Source of the DNA: a bacterium
GTDB taxonomy: Bacteria > UBA8248
NCBI GenBank assembly: GCA_965204535.1
Contig: CBDBEV010000001.1
Span: 256,001-320,000, forward strand
Direction: 5' to 3'
Length of the DNA: 64,000 nucleotides
A program made the translations under genes and the position numbers. Of this stretch, positions 30,030 to 38,144 are shown piece by piece (the stretch's first letter is position 1; every line of letters starts with the position of its first letter). Below the pieces are notes generated by a model, which saw nothing but the letters and a program-made list of their open reading frames with translations, ran no database searches and was not told where the DNA came from.

Positions 30030-31010
30030 ATGGCGGAAACCATTGGCGTGCTCACGAGAGAGGACGTACTCGATAACCTCAAGAACCTGCGCGAGACGCA
30101 GGAGGTCGATTTTTCAGCCTTTTATTCGAGCCACCTGGGCGGCGTGGTGACGGACCCCGCCCTCATGGTCATCCCCTTCGACGACCACATGGTCCACCGG
30201 GGCCACGGTATCTTCGACACGGCGGCCATCATCGAGGGGAAGATATACGACCTCGAAAACCACCTGGACCGCTTCATCCGCTCGGCGGAGGCGTCGAAAC
30301 TCGAACTGCCGAGCCGCGAGGAGATGCGCGAGATCGTCATCCGCACGAGCGCCCTCTCGGGCCGCCGCGAAGGGTCGATCCGCTATTGGGCCTCATCGGG
30401 AACGGGCAACCTGGGGCTGATACCGGCAGGCGACGCCAAGCCCGCCTTTTTCGTGATGATCTTCGGCGGCCTCGACTATCCCGAGCGCTACTACGCCGAG
30501 GGCATGAAGGTGATGACAACCACCTACCCCATCAAGCCGCCGCTCTACGCCGTCACGAAGAGCACGAACTACCTGCCCAACACTCTCATGCAGATGGAGG
30601 CGAAAGAACACGGGCTCGACAACGGCATCTTCGTGGACGAGGCCGGCAACGTGGGCGAGGGTTCAAACATGAACTGCGCCTTCGTGACGAACGATCGCGT
30701 GCTGCGGCATCCCAGGTTCGAGAACATCCTCTCCGGCTGCACCGTGAAGCGGCTTCTCGAACTCGCGAGCCGCCTCGTGGATGTGGGCGTCATCGCCGAC
30801 GTGGTGGTGGACGACATTCCGGTGGCCGAGGCCAAGGCGTCCGCCGAGATGATGCTCATCGGAAGCTCGATATACGTCGCCCCTGTCGTGCAGTGGGACG
30901 ATCAAATCATCGGGGACGGCAAGCCCGGTCCGGTGACGAAGGCGATGCGCGAGTTGCTGGAGGAGGACATGCGCTCGGGCGAGGGGATGCTCATCGACGT
31001 GCCGTATTAG
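30030..31010 (+). CDS. Fold-type IV PLP enzyme (D-amino-acid transaminase/ADC lyase-like)
   Basis: DDHMVHRGHGIFDT, HLDRF, KSTNYL, EGSNMN, ILSGCT. Confidence 0.9.
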   Translation: MAETIGVLTREDVLDNLKNLRETQEVDFSAFYSSHLGGVVTDPALMVIPFDDHMVHRGHGIFDTAAIIEGKIYDLENHLDRFIRSAEASKLELPSREEMREIVIRTSALSGRREGSIRYWASSGTGNLGLIPAGDAKPAFFVMIFGGLDYPERYYAEGMKVMTTTYPIKPPLYAVTKSTNYLPNTLMQMEAKEHGLDNGIFVDEAGNVGEGSNMNCAFVTNDRVLRHPRFENILSGCTVKRLLELASRLVDVGVIADVVVDDIPVAEAKASAEMMLIGSSIYVAPVVQWDDQIIGDGKPGPVTKAMRELLEEDMRSGEGMLIDVPY

Positions 31011-31102
31011 TTCTTCCGAAATCCGCAAGGCTGTTTCGATGACCTCTTTGGGGGTTGTTGGAAAGCCCGAATTTCGTTATTCGGTTCGACAGATGTGAAG
31101 TT

Positions 31103-31173
31103 GTAGGGGTCGCATATATGCGACCCGGCTTTTTACGCCTGCCGACCATGGGCCGCATATATGCGGCCACTAC
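31103..31173. repeat. GTAG-type REP pair in inverted orientation (REPIN/BIME-like)
   Basis: GTAGGGGTCGCATATATGCGACCC (31103-31126) and, on the minus strand, GTAGTGGCCGCATATATGCGGCCC (31150-31173). Confidence 0.8.
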
Positions 31174-31231
31174 ACAACCAATCATACCTGCTCGCATCGG
31201 GCCGGGTGCGTGCGATCCGGGGATTTTTCGT

Positions 31232-32275
31232 TCAACCTCGCCTTCCTTTCGCAAGGGTTTTAAAAATCTCAAAAAATTTCGCCAGGGAGTTTCGCCCCCT
31301 GGAGTCCCGAGGCAAAGAGGTAAGGATTCGGGGAGCGAGCGTCCGGGCGACTCGAAACCCGATGGTGGTGTTCCGTCCCGCAGCACTCCAGAAGCGAAAC
31401 GCGGAGCGGAGGTGCCACGGTTCGAGAACCCAGGAACCGCCGCGCACGACGCGGCGACTGCAATCACCGCTCCTCCTGGCACTCCCGTCCACCGGCGCGC
31501 CCACATAACGCTCGTTCCAGCAGTCCTCCACCCACTCCATTACGTTGCCAAGCACGTCGTGGAGACCGAACGGGTTCGCCGAAAAAGAACCCACAGGAGC
31601 GGTATTCACGAAACCATCACGGCAGGGCGCCACCTCCCCGATTTTGCTGATTCGCGCCTTGAGCGTCCCGTCGGCCCCGTTCGCGTGCGCGCACTGCGCA
31701 AATCCAAATGCATCGTCCCCCCAATAGCGAGACGCGCGGGTACCCCCGCGCGCCGCGTATTCCCACTCCGCCTCGCTCAGCAGGCGATACCGCTTCCCCG
31801 TCTTCTCCGAAAGCCAATTCACGTAGGCCTGCGCGGCATGCCAACCCACGTTGATGACGGGGCGTCGCCCACGTCCCCAGCCATGATCACGCGGCCGGTG
31901 ACCGCCGCAGCCTCCGTCCGTCACGCAAGCGTCCCACTCCGCGAACGTCACCTCGTACTTGCCCACGGCGAAGGGTTTGGGGAGCGTGACGCGATGGCGG
32001 GGATCTTCATACTCATTCCGCCCCAACTCGTCGCGGGGGGAGCCCATCATGAAAGAACCTGCGGGAACCACCACCATCTCGGGACATTCCGGGCAATCCC
32101 GGAAGACGCGGCCCGGCTCGAGAAGCACCCGCTCGCGCCCGGCCTTTTCGTGAAGCGCTTCCTCACCCTGCGCGGCCGGCGAAGCGGCCGCTGCGACGCC
32201 GAAACTCCCTGCCGCGAGGACGAGGTAAAAAACACTCCTCCATACGAGGCGCCGCTCGAGCGAAGGGGTTTTCAT
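31232..32275 (-). CDS. Exported FGE-sulfatase/CLec-fold protein; candidate DGR target
   Basis: FRDCPECPEMVVVPAGSFMMGS, RLLSEAEWEYAARGG, NPFGLHDVLGNVMEW, RVVRGGSW...GFRVARTL. Confidence 0.88.
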   Translation of the reverse strand: MKTPSLERRLVWRSVFYLVLAAGSFGVAAAASPAAQGEEALHEKAGRERVLLEPGRVFRDCPECPEMVVVPAGSFMMGSPRDELGRNEYEDPRHRVTLPKPFAVGKYEVTFAEWDACVTDGGCGGHRPRDHGWGRGRRPVINVGWHAAQAYVNWLSEKTGKRYRLLSEAEWEYAARGGTRASRYWGDDAFGFAQCAHANGADGTLKARISKIGEVAPCRDGFVNTAPVGSFSANPFGLHDVLGNVMEWVEDCWNERYVGAPVDGSARRSGDCSRRVVRGGSWVLEPWHLRSAFRFWSAAGRNTTIGFRVARTLAPRILTSLPRDSRGRNSLAKFFEIFKTLAKGRRG

Positions 32276-32425
32276 CCGCCATCCTCCCCGGATTTCCAGG
32301 ATGCGTGAAACCGAACGAGTATATCGAAAGACGAGCCAAATCGACTCCATCACGCATCACGCCGCAGGGGACGAATCCCCTCATCGCTCCTGCGAAAGAC
32401 GGTATCGATCCCGCAGAGCGCGGGC

Positions 32426-33829
32426 CTACGTTTTCTTGGGTGGGGCGTGGATCGCCTCGCCGTGCACGTCCAATGCCGCCTCCATCACGGCTTCCGAGAG
32501 CGTGGGGTGGGAGTGCATGGTGCTGGCCATTTCCGAGGCGGTGACACGGTGCTGCATGGCGACGGCGGCCTCGTGCACGATGTCGGCGGCGTGCGCGCCG
32601 ACGATGTGAACGCCCAGAATAGCGTCATCCCCCGCATCGGCGATGACCTTCACCTCCCCTTCCAGCGCGCGTTCGGCCTGCGCCTTGCCGAGAGCGCGGA
32701 CCGAGAACTTGCCCACGCGCACCGTGTGCCCCGCCTTCTCCGCCTCGTGCTCCGCCATCCCGACGACGCCGATTTCAGGATGCGTGAAGATGCCGGCCGG
32801 AATCGCCCGGTAATCCATCCGTATCTCCGCGCCCATGGCGTTTTCCGCAGCGGCGATCCCCTCGGCGGAGGCTACGTGCGCGAGCATGGGCTCGCCCACC
32901 ACGTCGCCCGCCGCGTAGACACCGGGGGCGTTCGTCTCCATCATGTCGTTCACCTTGATCTCGCCGCGGGAGCCGAGTTCGACGCCGATTCGCTCGAGAC
33001 CCAGGCCGTCGGTGTTCATCGTCCTGCCCACGGAGACGAGCACGAGGTCCGCGCGCTCCTCATCATCCGAACCCTCGAAGCCGGCGACCAACTCCCTACT
33101 CTTGCGCGAGACGCTCGTTATCTTCTCATTCAGGCGGACCTTAATCTTCTGTTTTCTTAACTCGCGCGCCATGAGTTTGGAGACGTCCTCATCCCCCAAG
33201 GGCAGGACGCGGTCGAGCAATTCCACCATCGTCACCTCTGCCCCGAGCTCTTTATACAGACACGCGAACTCACAGCCGATGACGCCCGCGCCCACGATGA
33301 GCACCCTCTCGGGCAGATTTTTCAGGTGCACGGCCTGTTCGGATGAGATGATTTTTTCGCCGTCGATGGGAAAGGCGGGAATCTGTGCGGGCCGGGAACC
33401 CGTGGCGATGATGATCTTATCGGCCTCGACCACCTCGTGCTCGTCGTCTTTTCCGCGCACGGAAACCTTGCCCATCTCCAGAATCTCGGCCTCGCCCGCC
33501 ATGTGGTCCACCCCGTGGGCCTTGAACAGCCCGCCAATTCCCTTTACCAGGCCGGCGACTATCTTGTCCTTGCGCTCGACCATGGCGGCCAAGTCGGCGC
33601 GCACCTCGCCCGTGACCTCGATGCCGTAGGCGTCCGCGTTCTTGATGTTCCGATACACTTCCGCGGCGGCGATGAGGCTCTTGCTGGGGATGCAGCCCCA
33701 GTTCAGGCAGGTGCCGCCCAGCTCGTCGCGCTCGATGACCACGCAGCTTCCCCCGCTCTGGGCGACGCGCACGCCCGCCACGTAGCCCGCAGGGCCGCCG
33801 CCGATAACCGCCACGTCATACGCCGCCAT
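32426..33829 (-). CDS. lpdA: Dihydrolipoamide dehydrogenase
   Basis: GGGPAGY, GGTCLNWGCIPSK, GAGVIGCE, GDVV, HPTLSE. Confidence 0.96.
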   Translation of the reverse strand: MAAYDVAVIGGGPAGYVAGVRVAQSGGSCVVIERDELGGTCLNWGCIPSKSLIAAAEVYRNIKNADAYGIEVTGEVRADLAAMVERKDKIVAGLVKGIGGLFKAHGVDHMAGEAEILEMGKVSVRGKDDEHEVVEADKIIIATGSRPAQIPAFPIDGEKIISSEQAVHLKNLPERVLIVGAGVIGCEFACLYKELGAEVTMVELLDRVLPLGDEDVSKLMARELRKQKIKVRLNEKITSVSRKSRELVAGFEGSDDEERADLVLVSVGRTMNTDGLGLERIGVELGSRGEIKVNDMMETNAPGVYAAGDVVGEPMLAHVASAEGIAAAENAMGAEIRMDYRAIPAGIFTHPEIGVVGMAEHEAEKAGHTVRVGKFSVRALGKAQAERALEGEVKVIADAGDDAILGVHIVGAHAADIVHEAAVAMQHRVTASEMASTMHSHPTLSEAVMEAALDVHGEAIHAPPKKT

Positions 33830-33964
33830 GTTTCCTCCTTCGGGTAAGGCGTTTTATGAACCAAATTCCGCGCCCATTAGACCAAGGTTCCGCGCCGATG
33901 CCAAACGGGGGTGGGGAATCAGACTGAAACCCCACGGAATCGGCCTTGACAAGTGGAAAGCGAT

Positions 33965-33978
33965 ATTGTAGCTACAAT
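33965..33978. promoter_or_regulatory. Perfect palindrome, likely antitoxin operator
   Basis: ATTGTAGCTACAAT, downstream of TTGACA (33946-33951) and upstream of the dinJ-like gene. Confidence 0.6.
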
Positions 33979-34004
33979 GAAGCTACAGAAGAGGAGGAAC
34001 CCAC

Positions 34005-34262
34005 ATGCCGACAGATACGGTCGTTCGCGCCCGAATCGACAGCGAGACCAAGGCCCGCGCTACGGAGGCGCTGAACGCCATGGGCCTTTCGGTCTCGGAT
34101 GCGATTCGCCTGCTCATGATGCGCGTGGCGGAGGAGCGAAGGCTGCCCTTCGTCGTCCGCGCACCGAACCCCGCCACCCGCAAGGCGATGAAAGAACTCG
34201 ACGAAGGCAAGGGAAAGCGCTTCGATAGCACCGAGGAGTTGTTCGAGGATCTGGGTTTGTAG
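34005..34262 (+). CDS. RelB/DinJ-family antitoxin (no cognate toxin follows)
   Basis: VVRARID..TK..A...L..MGLSVSDAIRL....A.E..LPF....PN..T..AM. Confidence 0.9.
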   Translation: MPTDTVVRARIDSETKARATEALNAMGLSVSDAIRLLMMRVAEERRLPFVVRAPNPATRKAMKELDEGKGKRFDSTEELFEDLGL

Positions 34263-34389
34263 TGTGCGCTAATTTCCACTCCATTCTATTGAAGAAATGA
34301 ATCCCCGGTGAGACCAATAACGCTTTACGATAGACTGCAAGATGCGTCATTCTTTGGGCGGTTTGAGTGACCCGGAGAGGAGAATCTGA

Positions 34390-35658
34390 ATGCCGTGCGC
34401 AGGCACAACAGTAAAATCGGGTAAAGCAGTAGTCATTATCCCGTGTCAGTTTTCATCCGACTTTCAAGAAGGGGATTTGATGGATGTGGATGGCAAGAAA
34501 TTGTGCCCCTTCCACGCGCCGCTTGAAGATGAAAACGGCAATCTAACGACAAAGGGGGGATGGACTCCTGACAAAATAGAGGAGTTTTATGCAGATATCT
34601 CAAGGCTCCGTGTAAGTAAGTTATGTAGTTTCCAGGGGGATACATTAGATTTAAGAGGCGTTATTTTCCCAAGCTATCCCGAATTTAGAGGAATAGAATT
34701 CCCATTCGTAGATTTCTCCTATGCTCAATTCCATAATACTGCGGACTTCCGTGATGCCAATTTCACAAGTAATGTCAAATTCACCCATGCACAATTTAAG
34801 GTAGATTCTTTGTTTAATCTTGCCCAATTCAGGGGCCCTCTTACTATCTTCGGTAATACTAAATTCAATGACCTCGTCGATTTTACAGATTCCAATTTTG
34901 AAGGGAAGATTGACTTTAGAAATGCCGAATTTGAATGGCACGTAGATTTTAAGAGTTCTGGAAAAAATCACGAGGCGGAAGCTTTTCAAGGAGAGGTTAA
35001 TTTTTCTGGTGCGAAATTTCTAGATGAAGTGAACTTCAACAACCGGAAATTTCGGCAAGAAACCAGCTTCAAGAATTGTACCTTTCACAAAGCGCCGCGT
35101 TTTCATAATTGCCAGCTTCATCAAGATACGAATTTCAAGGACGCCAAGTTTTTGGATACGAAAAGCGATGATGCAATTGGTGCATATCAAACGCTAAAGC
35201 TAGATATGGAAAATAAAAGAGCGCGGCAAGAACAGTTAATGTTTTACGCCCTTGAGATGAAGAGCAGGCGCAGTGAAGAAAAAAGGAAATTCTTGAAGTT
35301 GCTCTCCTGGCTTTATGAGAAGACATCCGATTATGGACAAAAGATTTTTTTGCCGCTGGTGTGGCTAGTGTGCTCTTATTTTATTTGCGCAACTATTTAT
35401 ACAATCTTTTTCAACGAACTTCTAAAAGAACATATGGTTCATACAGACAATTTGCATTTATTCTTTCGCTTTAGTCTGGAACAGATTGTTCGTCCATTCG
35501 GCGCGTTGGACTCTTCATCATTATCTGATTTACTCAACAAAATATCCCCGGCAAACCTTTTATCCCTTCGCTTCATTACTACACTCCAATCGTTCTCGAG
35601 CTTGGTGCTTCTGCTCCTGAGCGGCCTCGCTGCCCGCTGGCGATTCAAGATCGGGTGA
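34390..35658 (+). CDS. Pentapeptide-repeat protein with C-terminal transmembrane helices (low GC)
   Basis: Serial F-x-x-A-x-F repeats (DFSYAQF, DFRDANF, NFSGAKF); SDYG followed by hydrophobic helices. Confidence 0.82.
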   Translation: MPCAGTTVKSGKAVVIIPCQFSSDFQEGDLMDVDGKKLCPFHAPLEDENGNLTTKGGWTPDKIEEFYADISRLRVSKLCSFQGDTLDLRGVIFPSYPEFRGIEFPFVDFSYAQFHNTADFRDANFTSNVKFTHAQFKVDSLFNLAQFRGPLTIFGNTKFNDLVDFTDSNFEGKIDFRNAEFEWHVDFKSSGKNHEAEAFQGEVNFSGAKFLDEVNFNNRKFRQETSFKNCTFHKAPRFHNCQLHQDTNFKDAKFLDTKSDDAIGAYQTLKLDMENKRARQEQLMFYALEMKSRRSEEKRKFLKLLSWLYEKTSDYGQKIFLPLVWLVCSYFICATIYTIFFNELLKEHMVHTDNLHLFFRFSLEQIVRPFGALDSSSLSDLLNKISPANLLSLRFITTLQSFSSLVLLLLSGLAARWRFKIG

Positions 35659-35715
35659 GGGGAATGGGACAACCGAAGCCGCCTACTGCATCGGAAAGAC
35701 ATCACAGAAACAAAA

Positions 35716-36339
35716 ATGCGCTGGCAAACCACACGGAGGAAGTTCAACTCAATGGATGATGAACCCTACATGTCTGATTTTACGAAGTTAAATAAGTATT
35801 GGCCAACACATCGTATGAGTCCTGAATTTTGGGAAGAACTCGGAAGGGCTATCGCAACCTTTGGATTTCTAGAAAGAACAATACTACCAAGAGCAATTTA
35901 CGCATTGTCCGCAACAAGAAGGCACGAACAGATAACGGATGAAATGGGTGAACGTTGGCTCAATAAACTTAAAAATTCATTGAAAGACCCTCTTGGTGAA
36001 CTCATAAAACTGTATGAGCAGGAATTGGAGCAAGAAATTGCAGAAGGGGCTGAACCATCCAAGCAAATGGATCTGCATGTGCTAATAGAAGATATGCGAA
36101 AAGCGAAAGTGCATAGAGATATATTTTGTCATGCCTCCTGGAGGCCAGGAAGCAGCAACGACAAGGCTAAACCTTTTTTCATAAACAGAAAAGACGAGAT
36201 TCTTGAGAGTGAATACGGTGTAAGCGAAATTCGACAAGTCCGAGTTTTCGTCACGCAAACCATCTGCCATTGTATAAACACAGTAACTCTGAAAGGAATC
36301 CAGTTTCCCGGCTCAAGTGGACCAGGCCAACCCATATGA
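35716..36339 (+). CDS. Hypothetical helical protein with an RxxxxH (HEPN-like) motif (low GC)
   Basis: 207-aa ORF; LGRAIATFGFLE and HRDIFCHASW. Confidence 0.6.
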   Translation: MRWQTTRRKFNSMDDEPYMSDFTKLNKYWPTHRMSPEFWEELGRAIATFGFLERTILPRAIYALSATRRHEQITDEMGERWLNKLKNSLKDPLGELIKLYEQELEQEIAEGAEPSKQMDLHVLIEDMRKAKVHRDIFCHASWRPGSSNDKAKPFFINRKDEILESEYGVSEIRQVRVFVTQTICHCINTVTLKGIQFPGSSGPGQPI

Positions 36340-36414
36340 ACATGGACATCACTTCGTCAACTACCTCCAACCTCCCAAACACGTCTCTTCGATTCGATAT
36401 TCGAAACAACGACA

Positions 36415-36606
36415 TCAGTAGCTCGTGTCCCGTCCCCTCTCCCAAAACGGCCTGCGCTTGAGGCGCTCTCGCAAGCGGTCGTCCGGTTCAGCGGGCGCAT
36501 CGAGGGCTGCGAGAAACATTTCGTAGGCCTCATCATCAAGCTCTATGACGGAGCGCTCGTCGGGCGACAAGCGTTCGTCTTTCACCCGCATATTCATTCG
36601 GCTCAT
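36415..36606 (-). pseudogene. DUF1778/TacA-like antitoxin, apparently internally deleted, no GNAT toxin
   Basis: RMNMRV N-terminal strand joined directly to IELDDEAYEMFLAALDAPAEP..RL..L....W; only 63 aa. Confidence 0.6.
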
Positions 36607-36784
36607 TTACAATCTCTCCAGTTTCGGCGGCATGGGTCCATTCCGACGCAGATGTATGGCGTTTGCATATACGCCTGTCAAGGACACCTTACCTCCTATC
36701 TCTTCCAAAATCCCGTTTCTTCTCGACAACGCCCTCTATAAGATATATATTATAGATATATAAATCCGAGAGGAGGATATTCAC

Positions 36785-37024
36785 ATGGGCGCGAAATCAC
36801 ATATCGCCAAATGGGGGGACAGCCTGGCCGTCCGCATCCCCAAGCCCATCGCCGAGCAATGGGGCGTGCGCGAGGGTTCGGCCATCGAGATGAACGCGCG
36901 CGGCGACCGGGTGGTGATGAGAAAGAGAGGCTACCGGTTGGCCGACATGCTCGCCGAAATAAACGCGGACAACCTGCACGCCGAACAAGACGCCGGTCCG
37001 GCGCAGGGCGCAGAGGCGTGGTAG
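36785..37024 (+). CDS. mazE: MazE/AbrB-type antitoxin
   Basis: KWGDSLAVRIPK, Y.L..ML..I...NLH.E.D.G...G.E.W; GGAGG RBS. Confidence 0.92.
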   Translation: MGAKSHIAKWGDSLAVRIPKPIAEQWGVREGSAIEMNARGDRVVMRKRGYRLADMLAEINADNLHAEQDAGPAQGAEAW

Positions 37025-37383
37025 CGAGACGGGAGGTTTCAGGCGCGGACTACGTTCCGGGCAGAGGCGACGTCGTCTGGCTTTCCTTCACTCCCCAGGC
37101 CGGGCACGAGCAGGCCGGCCGCCGCCCCGCGCTGGTCGTCAGCCCGCGAAGCTATAACGAAAAAAGCAGTCTGGCGCTGCTCTGCCCCATCACCTCGAGA
37201 GTCAAGGGCTATCCCTTCGAGGTGGCGCTGCCCGCCGAAGGCCCCGTTACGGGCGTGGTTCTCGCCGACCAGGTGAAGAGCCTCGACTGGCGCGCCAGAG
37301 GCACGCGCCTCGCGTCGCAGGCTCCGCCGCGCGTGGTGGGCGAGACGCTCGAAAAGCTGGCTGTACTCTTGGAGCAGGACTGA
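37018..37383 (+). CDS. mazF: MazF/PemK endoribonuclease toxin
   Basis: YVPGRGDVVWLSFTPQAGHEQAGRRPALVVSP, CPITS, KGYPFEV, DQVKSLDWRAR; overlaps mazE. Confidence 0.94.
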   Translation: MVARREVSGADYVPGRGDVVWLSFTPQAGHEQAGRRPALVVSPRSYNEKSSLALLCPITSRVKGYPFEVALPAEGPVTGVVLADQVKSLDWRARGTRLASQAPPRVVGETLEKLAVLLEQD

Positions 37384-37962
37384 GCGACCCTGTGTGTTAA
37401 TCCGTCGCCCAGCCCCTCCTGCCTCAGTCTCCCCTCCCCCGCGCCGAAAAAGCTCACTCACTGCATTGATCGGCAAACGCTCCCTCCTCACTCGCGCTTG
37501 ACCCCCATCCTCAGACGGGTTCGACCACGCATTTCCCCGCAGAAGCGCGTTCCGAAAGGGTGTACCATCCCCCTGCTCGACGCGCGGTCTTCGCTCTTGA
37601 AACCGCGGGTCGCCGCTTGGAGAAAAGCCCGTTGGAAAATCTCTCACAGCGCTATCCGGGTTTCAGGGAGAGGGAGTCATCGGGACGGGCGCCGGGCGGC
37701 GAAATCAAGCTTTACCATTCCTGAACAATTCTGAAAAATTCGATAAATTCACGGTGTTTTTCTGAAAATTTCCGAGGGGAAATGCGCGCAAATGCGGGGA
37801 GTTGCAGGGCGTTTTCGCGATACCAGCCTGGCGGATGACGGCTCTCTCCTTCAGATTCAGGCGCTCCGGAACGTCTATGAAGGGCGCGCCGCGGCCCCTC
37901 AAAACGAGGCGGTACGGGATAACGGCGCGGTATTCTGTCCCCAATTGCCCTTCTTGCACCGC

Positions 37963-38006
37963 TTATCCACAGGAAAACACAACATTTGGGGATAACGTGT
38001 GGGTAA
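37963..38006. promoter_or_regulatory. Cluster of DnaA boxes upstream of nrdJ
   Basis: Perfect TTATCCACA (37963-37971); one-mismatch reverse boxes TGGGGATAA (37987-37995) and TGTGGGTAA (37998-38006). Confidence 0.65.
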
Positions 38007-38041
38007 GTTCATATATTTTGTGCATATCCGTTTTTAGGGTA

Positions 38042-38110
38042 TTGACAGACGATAGCAAAACATACTACATTTAGTGTTACGGCTTGATTTCGCCATACTA
38101 AATATGCCCC
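38042..38110 (+). promoter_or_regulatory. nrdJ promoter with NrdR boxes
   Basis: TTGACA (38042) N18 TACATT; ATACTACATTTAGTGT (38062-38077) fits the acaCwAtATaTwGtgt consensus; weaker boxes at 38095-38110 and 37977-37992. Confidence 0.75.
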
Positions 38111-38144
38111 AGCATGGCGGGGCGCCCTGCGAAGGAGACGGGAA

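Noticed and set aside
31232-32275. Complete DGR, or a true formylglycine-generating enzyme
   Set aside because: No RT, avd or template repeat seen in the window; the catalytic Cys pair expected after RGGS in true FGE is absent
37963-38040. Replication origin
   Set aside because: Few DnaA boxes, no dnaA/dnaN/gidA context and no clear unwinding element; better explained as nrdJ regulation
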